Shown piece after piece: positions 9,326 through 18,794 of a DNA stretch of 64,000 nt. The translations under genes were made by a program, and so were the position numbers. Origin of the DNA: Patescibacteria group bacterium (lineage in GTDB: Bacteria > Patescibacteriota > Kazan-3B-28 > UBA10110); the NCBI GenBank assembly GCA_043802665.1, contig JAZDKW010000010.1, positions 4,024 to 68,023 of the forward strand. The letters run 5' to 3'. Below the pieces are notes generated by a model. That model ran no database searches. It was not told where the DNA came from and saw only the letters and a list, made by a program, of their open reading frames with translations. The first letter of the stretch is position 1. Each line of letters begins with the position of its first letter.

Positions 9326-10108
9326 ATGCGACAGCTACTTTCAGTTCTATCGATCGCTGTGCTGATAGCGATGATCGTTTTCTTCAATGTGGTCACACCG
9401 GTCCAAGCGGATGAAAATGCTCCGCCGCTGAGCCAGGCCGACCTGGATTATGTCAGTGAGAATATTCACATTCTGTACGAAACAGGAATTCTGGAGGGAT
9501 ATCCCGAAGGTAACGAGTTCGAGGGTGAAAATATGGTCACCCGATTTGAGGCAGGGGTAATTTTAAGCAGATTTTATAGTTTCCTGCTCAATGAGATCAA
9601 TGAGCATGGAATCGAAGTGATGGATTTTGTTGATATCCGATTCCCTTTGGATGAGCCTATGGATATGAACGATATCCCTAAAAACCACTGGGCTTATGAA
9701 GAAATTAAGAAAGTTGAGCACATGGGCGTAGTGGTCGGTAACCCCGAGGGTCAGTACCTGGGCTCGGAGCAAGCAAACCGCTACGAGTTTGCTGTAATGT
9801 TATTGCGAATGGTTGTTTTGATGGATTTTGGTCTATGGGAGGCTATCCCAGGTTATGATGCTGGTTTCCGGTATTCGCATCTGGCGAAACCGGAACTAAT
9901 CGGAGAAGCTCCTGAAGAATATTGGGCGCAAGTAGATGTAAGAAGGTTTCTGGGCGCACGCGAACCTCAATTGACCCCCGACGATATAGCAAAAGGAGGC
10001 GGACCATTTACGCGTAACGAGTTGGCCTTCATACTCCTTAGGCTATCAGACAAATTTACAGCCGAACTCGGCGAGATTGATGATTTTCTCGCGCAAAAAA
10101 AGAAATAG
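9326..10108 (+). CDS. secreted S-layer homology (SLH) domain protein
   Basis: Signal peptide; GILEGYP..F.....TRFEA and DIPKNHWAY...G.P.G.Y.G....NRYEFA SLH-like repeats. Confidence 0.85.
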   Translation: MRQLLSVLSIAVLIAMIVFFNVVTPVQADENAPPLSQADLDYVSENIHILYETGILEGYPEGNEFEGENMVTRFEAGVILSRFYSFLLNEINEHGIEVMDFVDIRFPLDEPMDMNDIPKNHWAYEEIKKVEHMGVVVGNPEGQYLGSEQANRYEFAVMLLRMVVLMDFGLWEAIPGYDAGFRYSHLAKPELIGEAPEEYWAQVDVRRFLGAREPQLTPDDIAKGGGPFTRNELAFILLRLSDKFTAELGEIDDFLAQKKK

Positions 10109-10167
10109 AAACGGCTCCGGTACACAATACCGGCACGCAACAAATGAACCTTCTTGGATGATGCTTC

Positions 10168-10196
10168 AAAACCCTTTGAATCTCAAGGGGTTTTTT
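10168..10196 (+). terminator. intrinsic terminator
   Basis: aaaaccctttga-atc-tcaaggggtttttt. Confidence 0.65.
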
Positions 10197-10221
10197 CATT
10201 CTCTAAAAAAGTTTACGGACA

Positions 10222-10255
10222 ATTTCAACGGCTCAACCCGTTGAGCCGTTGAAAT
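10222..10255. repeat. long palindrome; relative at 37309-37340
   Basis: atttcaacggctcaac-cc-gttgagccgttgaaat. Confidence 0.8.
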
Positions 10256-10421
10256 CTTGCTATAAATTCTGGCGGTGTGCGTTCGAAAAAATTCGAACCG
10301 ATTTCGCCCAAAATTTGTAGGGCGGGCGGAATTCCCCCCAGACCCCCCTTCCACCCGCCCGCAGAAGCGACCCTTTCGGATTGGACGATTTCAAGTTTTT
10401 CTTTGGCGGCAAATTCTTTTA

Positions 10422-11168
10422 TTATTCTTTTTGTGCATAACCAATATAACCCAATTTCGTATTTTTCCCGATACCAAATTTAAACTCACCTTTTTTTATT
10501 CCCGCTAATATTCCCGCTAGTATAAAACCTTTTGTTTCTATATTTTTTATATTATATTTTTGCATTAAAAAATTAAGTTCGTCTGGCTTGATGAATTTTT
10601 TCCATTCATGTATATCCACGTTTTCGCCTGATACCTTTAAAGTTTTAAATTGTTTCATCATAAAATAATTAAAAAACCAGTTCATAATTTTTGAAAGAAT
10701 AGTTCTATTTATAGTAAGATAACAAAATTTTCCGCCATGCTTTAGTACCCTTGAAGTTTCGCTTATTACTTTTTCAAGATTGTTTACATGTTCAAGACAG
10801 TCAGCGCAAACTACCACATCAAACGTATTATTTCCCATAGGAATATTTTCTGCAGAACCTACCCTGTAATCAATTTTCAAGTTATTTTTAAAGGCATGAT
10901 TTATTGCCACTTTTATAGCATTTTCAGAAATATCTATTCCAGTAATATTAGCATCTTTTTTAGCAAACTCTTCAGCTAAAAGTCCACCGCCACATCCCAT
11001 GTCTAAAATCTTTAATCCTTTTAATTCTCCAATTGCTTCACTGAAATAGGAAAATCTTACAGGATTCATTTGTTGAAGCGGGTTATTTTTAGTACTCCAC
11101 CAAAAATCATCTATCCGATTGTACATATTGTCTTTAACTATTTTATTTTCTTTAATCCATTTGTCCAT
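10422..11168 (-). CDS. UbiG-like class I SAM-dependent methyltransferase (cargo)
   Basis: LQQMNPVRFSYF, ILDMGCGGGLL, LEHV, TINRT, H.W.KFIKPDEL. Confidence 0.85.
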   Translation of the reverse strand: MDKWIKENKIVKDNMYNRIDDFWWSTKNNPLQQMNPVRFSYFSEAIGELKGLKILDMGCGGGLLAEEFAKKDANITGIDISENAIKVAINHAFKNNLKIDYRVGSAENIPMGNNTFDVVVCADCLEHVNNLEKVISETSRVLKHGGKFCYLTINRTILSKIMNWFFNYFMMKQFKTLKVSGENVDIHEWKKFIKPDELNFLMQKYNIKNIETKGFILAGILAGIKKGEFKFGIGKNTKLGYIGYAQKE

Positions 11169-11177
11169 ATGTTTATA

Positions 11178-11384
11178 TTATTTTAATAAATCCTCTATTG
11201 AAACGCCAAGAGATTTGGCTAATTTTGCCATAATAAGTACAGACGGCTTTTTAATAACATTGCTCTCAATCTTTGTAAGAGTAGTGTATTTCACGCCAGA
11301 TTTCTTGGCAAAATCCTCTTGGGATAATCCCTGCTTATTTCGGTACTTTTTTATATTTTCGCCTATGTTGATTTCTATTGCCAT
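11178..11384 (-). CDS. XRE-family HTH regulator
   Basis: IKKYRNKQGLSQEDFA...TKIES...PS...LAKSLGVSIEDL. Confidence 0.92.
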   Translation of the reverse strand: MAIEINIGENIKKYRNKQGLSQEDFAKKSGVKYTTLTKIESNVIKKPSVLIMAKLAKSLGVSIEDLLK

Positions 11385-11393
11385 ATTATCACT

Positions 11394-11447
11394 AATTTGA
11401 TAGTATTAAAGTGTTATACTATCCTTTCAATATAATACTATCAAATT
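11394..11447. promoter_or_regulatory. probable operator pair / divergent promoter region
   Basis: Perfect 14-bp inverted repeat aatttgatagtatt (11394-11407) / aatactatcaaatt (11434-11447), overlapping TATAAT at 11431. Confidence 0.55.
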
Positions 11448-11541
11448 TTATGAAAATAGTCCAATTAAAAATGAGGGAAGCCCGCTTTTGGCCCAAAATG
11501 AAATTCGAGCCGATATTTTTTCAGGTTCTTTGGCAGTTTTT

Positions 11542-11736
11542 CAATCCGAAAGGGTCGCTTCTGCGGGCGGGTGGAAGGGGGGTCTGGGGGGAATTCCGCC
11601 CGCCCTACAAATTTTGGGCGAAATCGGTTCGAATTTTTTCGAACGCACACCGCCAATTGGGAAATGTCTTTGTTGGCTCGCCCTCTGCGAGGGCTCGCCA
11701 GCCGATTTTAAGCGCAAATCGGAATTTTTTATCTTT
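11542..11736 (-). repeat. internal inverted copy of the element's attP junction
   Basis: 11542-11655 is the exact reverse complement of 10270-10383; 11657-11736 is the exact reverse complement of 13169-13248. Confidence 0.95.
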
Positions 11737-11806
11737 GCCCCGCTACTGCGGGGCTGGTCAAAAGCGGGCTTCCCGAATTTTCATTTTTAATTTTTAAGGA
11801 GAAACC

Positions 11807-13435
<1,629 letters not shown>

Positions 13436-14066
13436 ACGAACCAAAAATATTCAAATAAGAAATCACGCTTGGAACGCTGTATAAATAGATTCTTCTCCCT
13501 TCATCGGTGATGTGCGGATTTATCCCGACTTCCTTTAGGATCTTCGCTGTGGAAATAATCAGTTTTTTAGAAGAATTGGTGAAACAGAAACCAATATTAT
13601 GGTATGGCGCATTCCTTACAATATGGTTATGTATGAATAAGCAGCCATCTGTATCCACACATCCTCTGACAAATGCTTTCTGGTATTCAGGATTGTCATT
13701 TATCCATTTTGGAATATCAATTTGTTGAACAACTTTGTTCCCCCTTACTGCACCTTTACCGACTAGAAAATCTAATAGGTTGCTCCCCGAACAAATAAGA
13801 ACTAACGCATTTTGATTAGGCCTTTTTCTAATATACACGTTGATCTCAAATAATTTTCTTAAGAGTCTGTCAATGTACTGCGAATATTCCAGATCAGAAT
13901 TAGAGTTGAGGGTAATGACAAGTTGCCAATCATTGTTTATTCCTCCGTCACCAAAAATAATCCCAAATAATTCTGCCAGTTCCTTTGATTCGTTAGGAAT
14001 ATTAACAATTTTTCTGTGGCTTTTCTTAGGATATTTTAGTAACGAATAATCCATTGTTTAATAAAT

Positions 14067-14093
14067 TGCACTCGGCCACTATGCGACCTCTCC
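14067..14093 (-). pseudogene. stranded 5' fragment of a tRNA-Ser (acceptor strand plus D arm)
   Basis: GGAGAGGTCGCATAGTGGCCGAGTGCA has the same acceptor strand as the 13250-13339 tRNA but a different D arm; TGCTACAAT extended -10 lies upstream. Confidence 0.8.
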
Positions 14094-14223
14094 TTAGGAT
14101 AAAGATAGTTAATTACCTTATTATTGTAGCAGGACTGAAATACATCCTTTATATTAAGTCTTCACTAATGCTACTATAATCATAGAGAGAATCAGCAAAA
14201 AGCACATTAAAAGGAGCGCTAAA

Positions 14224-14436
14224 ATGGCATCGGGAGTAACCGGTACGGGTTTTTATGGGCGCATTAGAGCACTGACTGATACCATAAAAATGGATAAGCA
14301 CCAGTTGGAAAATGCTCCTTTATCACCCGCCCAAAAGAAGAGTCTCAAACAACGGATCGCATCATACAAAGCCAGACTAAAGGAAGTCCGCGCCGAGCTA
14401 AGAGCCTGGAAGGCTTCACAGGCCTCTAAACCGTAG
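14224..14436 (+). CDS. small basic coiled-coil hypothetical protein
   Basis: AAAGGAG SD, upstream TATAAT and a downstream hairpin at about 14469-14503. Confidence 0.6.
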   Translation: MASGVTGTGFYGRIRALTDTIKMDKHQLENAPLSPAQKKSLKQRIASYKARLKEVRAELRAWKASQASKP

Positions 14437-14514
14437 TGTTGCAAGCCACAAGGTATCACAAGGTATTCAAACCGCTTATTCACTAAGTTGAATGGCGGTT
14501 TTGTTTTAACCAGC

Positions 14515-14704
14515 CATTGGAGCTCGAGCGATCCGCCAGCTGGCGGAGTATTCCAAAAATTACCGCTTAGTGAAGCTGGTAATACCAGTGGGAACGGAAA
14601 GGTATATTTTTGGATTAATACCGAGTGAGAGCGACCCGCCCGAATGTACCATTCGGTACGGGCGGGCTGACCGGGACTTTTGCGCTACTTTTCTAGAAAA
14701 GTAG
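14515..14704. repeat. structured ~170-190 bp repeat with nested palindromes; homolog at 55598-55765
   Basis: Shared ends cattggagc(t/c)cgagcg ... gagtgag(a/g)gcgac ... tacttt-hairpin. Confidence 0.7.
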
Positions 14705-14734
14705 TAAATAAAATAAATGTTTTGAATTAGAACA

Positions 14735-14796
14735 AGATCCTGAAACCCGTCCTACGCTCTACGAGCTACGGAGGGCTAACGCAAGTTCAGGATGAC
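14735..14796. repeat. REP-like palindrome with a nested mini-hairpin insertion
   Basis: agatcctgaaa[...gtcctacgctctacgagctacggagggc...]caagttcaggatgac. Confidence 0.7.
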
Positions 14797-14810
14797 GGGT
14801 TTGGTGAGAT

Positions 14811-14839
14811 TTGACAGGGAAGAGATTACCCCCTATAAT
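14811..14839 (+). promoter_or_regulatory. sigma70 promoter of the rpsF operon
   Basis: TTGACA-17bp-TATAAT perfect consensus. Confidence 0.85.
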
Positions 14840-14919
14840 CAGATTACTTTATAACTTAACCTTTTCTCCCTCGAGCATTGCCGAGAGGGATTCCCCATGG
14901 GAAAGGAAATTTTTTGCTT

Positions 14920-15642
14920 ATGGAAGATATCAAACCGGCCAGCACCTATGAATTAACAATTTTGATGGCGGCAGACCTCTCTGAGCTTGACGTTCAAAAA
15001 GTAATGGATAAGATCAAGGCTACCCTGACCGCTAAAAACGGTCTGATCCAAAAAGAGTACGACTGGGGGAAAAAACGGTTGGCCTATCATATAAACAAGG
15101 TCGATTTTGGCTATTATCACAGCCTGGTTTTTGAAGCCCCTAAAGAAGTTCTTGCTGAAATCGGTCAAGACTTACGGCTAATGCCAGACATATTACGCTA
15201 TCTGATCATCTCCCTGGACAAAGAAGGTATAACGGCTGATCAGCTCTTCACCCCAGACAAAGAAGCCGCTTTAGTCGCTTCGATGATGAAAGAAAAGATG
15301 GAGCCAGCCAGACCGCATCAAACCAGGGCAAGTAGAGGGAGGGCAACGCCAATCAAAACAGAGATTCCCAAGGTAGAAGATTCTGAAGCTACTGCCCATC
15401 CGTCAGCTGACGGAACTTCCCGGGATAACGTTGTAGAAGAGATTGCGGACAAAACTCCGTCCACCAGCCAATCAGAAAAAGATAAAGAAACCAAAAAAAC
15501 TCTAAAGACCCCTCGACCCGACCACGCCAAGGCCACAACGGATAAACAAACCCGCGATGATATGAAACTAACGAAAGAAGACGAGGCAAAACGAAGAGAG
15601 GAATTAGATAAGAAGTTAGATGAATTATTAAAAGAGGAATAA
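14920..15642 (+). CDS. rpsF: 30S ribosomal protein S6 with long C-terminal extension
   Basis: YELTIL...WGKKRLAYHI...GYYH...ILRYLI; in rpsF-ssb-rpsR order. Confidence 0.93.
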   Translation: MEDIKPASTYELTILMAADLSELDVQKVMDKIKATLTAKNGLIQKEYDWGKKRLAYHINKVDFGYYHSLVFEAPKEVLAEIGQDLRLMPDILRYLIISLDKEGITADQLFTPDKEAALVASMMKEKMEPARPHQTRASRGRATPIKTEIPKVEDSEATAHPSADGTSRDNVVEEIADKTPSTSQSEKDKETKKTLKTPRPDHAKATTDKQTRDDMKLTKEDEAKRREELDKKLDELLKEE

Positions 15643-15681
15643 GTTGAAATAAAAGTTATATTTGAATAACTTTTAAAACCT

Positions 15682-16230
15682 ATGCGTGATCTAAATAAAG
15701 TAATGTTAATTGGTAATATGGTGCGAGACCCCGAACTGCGCACCATCCCCTCCGGACAAAGTGTGGCATCCATTTCTGTTGCCACCAACCGCAGTTGGAA
15801 TAACACATCTGGTGAACTGCAAAAAGCTGTGGAATACACAGATATTGTAGCCTGGGGAAAACTCGCGGAAATTGCCGGACAGATTTTAAAGAAAGGCCGC
15901 CGCATTTATGTGGAGGGTCGCCTACAGACCCGCAATTGGGAAGGCCAGGACGGGGTTAAAAGATACAAGACCGAAGTTATCGCTAGCGATTTGATTGTGT
16001 TGGATAAGCCCCAAGGCATTAATATGAATGGGGTAACAGAACCCGCTACTACACTCGGCCAATCTACTCCTGCTACTCCTGCCACCACACTGCCCCCGAC
16101 CAGTGACACCTCTATGGGACAATCCTTGGACAAACAAACCGAATCGGCACCACAACCAGTCGCAGTCGGTAATGCCCCTGTTTCCTCCGCGACCGCCGAA
16201 GAAATTGATATTGAAGATATTCCTTTTTAG
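15682..16230 (+). CDS. ssb: single-stranded DNA-binding protein
   Basis: LNKVMLIGN..RDPELR, VEGRLQTR, C-terminal DIPF. Confidence 0.97.
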   Translation: MRDLNKVMLIGNMVRDPELRTIPSGQSVASISVATNRSWNNTSGELQKAVEYTDIVAWGKLAEIAGQILKKGRRIYVEGRLQTRNWEGQDGVKRYKTEVIASDLIVLDKPQGINMNGVTEPATTLGQSTPATPATTLPPTSDTSMGQSLDKQTESAPQPVAVGNAPVSSATAEEIDIEDIPF

Positions 16231-16300
16231 ACCTTTTTAGACCAGACCACCAATCTCACTGACCAATGCTCTTTACATTCAAACAATAAATTAACTAATT

Positions 16301-16567
16301 ATGGCTTACAAAACATTCAAGAAAAAGAGAAAACCGGCAACATTTCCTCGCTACACCACAACAGTAAAAAAATACTGTCATTTTTGCCACGAAAAAGTTG
16401 ATTATATCGATTACAAGAATGTGAAAACATTGTCCAAGTACCTATCACGATATATGAAGATTGAGCCGCGTCGCCGAAGCGGCAATTGCGCCAAGCATCA
16501 ACGTATGGTAGCACGAGCATTAAAACGCGCTCGGCACATGGCGTTGATGTCTTTCACCCTGTATTAG
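16301..16567 (+). CDS. rpsR: 30S ribosomal protein S18
   Basis: CHFC...IDYKN...GNCAKHQR...KRAR. Confidence 0.96.
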   Translation: MAYKTFKKKRKPATFPRYTTTVKKYCHFCHEKVDYIDYKNVKTLSKYLSRYMKIEPRRRSGNCAKHQRMVARALKRARHMALMSFTLY

Positions 16568-16568
16568 G

Positions 16569-17126
16569 ATGTTGGATATTACCGATCTCAAAACTGGTGT
16601 CATAATTGAATTAGAAGGCGCCCCCTATGAAGTGGTGCGCTATCAGCATACTAAGCTCGGCCGCGGTGGTGCGATTTTGCGTACCACTTTAAAGAATTTA
16701 CTCACCGGATCCAATATAGAACGGACTTTCCGGAGCGAAAAATTTAATGAAGCCGACATCTCCCGAAGCAAAGCCCAATTTTTATACAAAGATGGTGGAA
16801 GTTTTACCTTTATGGACAGTAAAACCTTTGACCAGTTTGATCTTAAACAAGAAGTGTTGAGCCACAATGCCAACTACTTAGCTGAAGGTCGGGAAGTAGA
16901 ATTGGTTTATTTTAACGGCAACCCCATCAGTATCCAACTTCCCCTCAAAATGAAGTTTAAGATCACGCAAGCCGATCCAGCGGTAAAAGGCGATACTGTA
17001 ACCAACCCATCCAAAAACGCCACAATTGAAACGGGATTAACGCTAAAAGTGCCGATGTTTGTGAAAGAAGGTGATACGATTTTGGTAGATACTCGGAATG
17101 GTTCATATATAGAAAGGGTTAATTAA
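16569..17126 (+). CDS. efp: elongation factor P
   Basis: KLGRGGA, KGDT...K.A..ETG...VPMFV..GD..VDTR..YIER. Confidence 0.96.
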   Translation: MLDITDLKTGVIIELEGAPYEVVRYQHTKLGRGGAILRTTLKNLLTGSNIERTFRSEKFNEADISRSKAQFLYKDGGSFTFMDSKTFDQFDLKQEVLSHNANYLAEGREVELVYFNGNPISIQLPLKMKFKITQADPAVKGDTVTNPSKNATIETGLTLKVPMFVKEGDTILVDTRNGSYIERVN

Positions 17127-17353
17127 TGAGCGAGATTCATAATAAAAAATTAGACGAACTAATGAAATTGCAGGAGAAACAAGCATCTTTGCATTGGAAT
17201 TTTTATCGTGGGATATTCTACGGCTTCGGATTTTTTATTGGATCTGTTTTATTGATAGGCGTGGTTATATATATTTTGTCTTTCATTAACACCGTCCCAA
17301 TCATAGGCGAATACACCGCCAAAATTATTGAATTTATACAGTACAACAAGTAA
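17126..17353 (+). CDS. small membrane protein (DUF5665-like)
   Basis: NFYRGIFYGFGFFIG...VPIIG. Confidence 0.7.
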   Translation: MSEIHNKKLDELMKLQEKQASLHWNFYRGIFYGFGFFIGSVLLIGVVIYILSFINTVPIIGEYTAKIIEFIQYNK

Positions 17354-17357
17354 TAAC

Positions 17358-17399
17358 ATGGGCTTGTCGATTGGGATAGTTGGATTGCCAAACGTTGGT
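17358..17399 (+). pseudogene. stranded 5' fragment of ychF (14 codons)
   Basis: Encodes MGLSIGIVGLPNVG and then diverges; the full gene restarts at 17508. Confidence 0.9.
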
Positions 17400-17507
17400 C
17401 CGTCCTTCGCCCTTACTGTTTTAGGGAGTACCTCCTCTACAAACAGTGCGGGCTACGGAGGACTGCACTTACTTAAATTAGCAAAGTAACTTAAAGGGTG
17501 TTTCAAA

Positions 17508-18599
17508 ATGAGCTTGTCTATAGGGATCGTGGGGTTACCCAATGTTGGAAAGTCAACGTTATTTAATGCACTGCTCGGGAAAGCCCAAGCAGCTGCCAGT
17601 AATTTTCCGTTTTGTACTATTGAGCCTAATGTCGGCACCGTGCCTGTTCCCGATCCCCGACTTGATGTATTAGCCAAGTTAGAACGATCCGAAAAAAGTG
17701 TTCCAACTGCGATAGAATTTGTCGATATTGCTGGATTAGTGAAAGGTGCCAGCGAAGGCCAAGGACTGGGCAACCAATTTCTGGGTCATGTCCGAGAATG
17801 CGATGCCATTATCGAGGTAGTGCGCATGTTTTCTGATAACAATGTCATTCACGTCAGCGGAACAGTAGACCCCAAAGAGGATATCGCTACCATCAACACC
17901 GAACTCCTGATTGCCGACATGCAAGCTTTAGAAAAAAGAGTCGGTCGAGAAACAAAAGAAGCAAAAACTGATGTTAAATTACAGCCCCGGATAGAATTTC
18001 TGCACAAAATCAAAACTCATATCGATGCGGGTCAGCCTGCCCGAACTTTTGCGGCAAACGACGCAGAAAAAATCTGGCTTAAAGAACTTTGCCTTCTTAC
18101 CAGCAAACCAATCTTGTATGTGGCCAATGTGGACGAAGAACAATTAGAACAGCTTGATTTAATTGAAAAGTTAGAACAACAGGTTGATGATGTCTTCCCG
18201 GAAATTATTGCTCTAAATGCTAAAGCAGAATCTGAATTAGCCCAGATGTGTGTAGAAGATCAAGATTTATTACTGAAAGAATTGGGCATGGATGAACCCG
18301 GATTAAACAAAGTAATCCGGGTTGGCTACAAACTGCTTAATCTGATTACTTTCTTCACTGCCGGTCCCAAGGAAGCCCGGGCCTGGACGGTACGCTCTGG
18401 CGCCAAAGCCCCTCAAGCAGCAGGAGCAATCCATACTGACTTTGAGAAAGGTTTTATCCGTGCCGAAACCGTAAGCTATACTGATTTTGTGCAGTATGGT
18501 GGGTGGAAAGGTGCCGGTGAAACGGGCAAGAACCGCCAGGAAGGAAAAGACTATCTCATCCAGGATGGCGATGTAATGCTCTTTAGGTTCAACGTATAA
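17508..18599 (+). CDS. ychF: ribosome-binding ATPase YchF
   Basis: GIVGLPNVGKST, FCTIEPN, DIAGLVKGAS, IHTDFEKGFIRAE. Confidence 0.97.
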   Translation: MSLSIGIVGLPNVGKSTLFNALLGKAQAAASNFPFCTIEPNVGTVPVPDPRLDVLAKLERSEKSVPTAIEFVDIAGLVKGASEGQGLGNQFLGHVRECDAIIEVVRMFSDNNVIHVSGTVDPKEDIATINTELLIADMQALEKRVGRETKEAKTDVKLQPRIEFLHKIKTHIDAGQPARTFAANDAEKIWLKELCLLTSKPILYVANVDEEQLEQLDLIEKLEQQVDDVFPEIIALNAKAESELAQMCVEDQDLLLKELGMDEPGLNKVIRVGYKLLNLITFFTAGPKEARAWTVRSGAKAPQAAGAIHTDFEKGFIRAETVSYTDFVQYGGWKGAGETGKNRQEGKDYLIQDGDVMLFRFNV

Positions 18600-18608
18600 C
18601 CCTGCGTC

Positions 18609-18789
18609 GTCATGCTAAATTTACGTGTCCCGCGTATGCTGGGATTTCAGCATCTCCAGGGGAAAGATCCTGAATCAATCCGCTAGCTGGCGGACAGGAT
18701 AACGGGAGGGGTGGTTCCCGCCATCGCCGAAAGGCTTCTGTCTTCGCATTAGCTACGCCGGACAGGATGGCCGGGCTTCGCAGGATGAC
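18609..18789. repeat. cluster of REP-like palindromes with nested mini-insertions
   Basis: gtcatgctaaa..ttcagcatct and agatcctgaatc..caggat units, interrupted by tcccgcgtatgctggga and tccgctagctggcgga. Confidence 0.7.
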
Positions 18790-18794
18790 AGCTT

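Noticed and set aside
10275-10508. Short ORFs over the left att arm
   Set aside because: They are translations of repeat sequence; only the 14-codon frame completing the recombinase after excision is meaningful.
10498-10519. Tandem attcccgcta duplication in the methyltransferase (ILAGILAG)
   Set aside because: A simple in-frame slippage duplication with no further signal.
11411-11797. Three overlapping ORFs upstream of the recombinase (possible RDF)
   Set aside because: Almost wholly composed of inverted copies of other element segments, with no SD or recognisable fold.
14860-14910. S6:S18 ribosomal leader RNA
   Set aside because: A hairpin is present at the expected place, but I cannot verify the motif without a covariance model.
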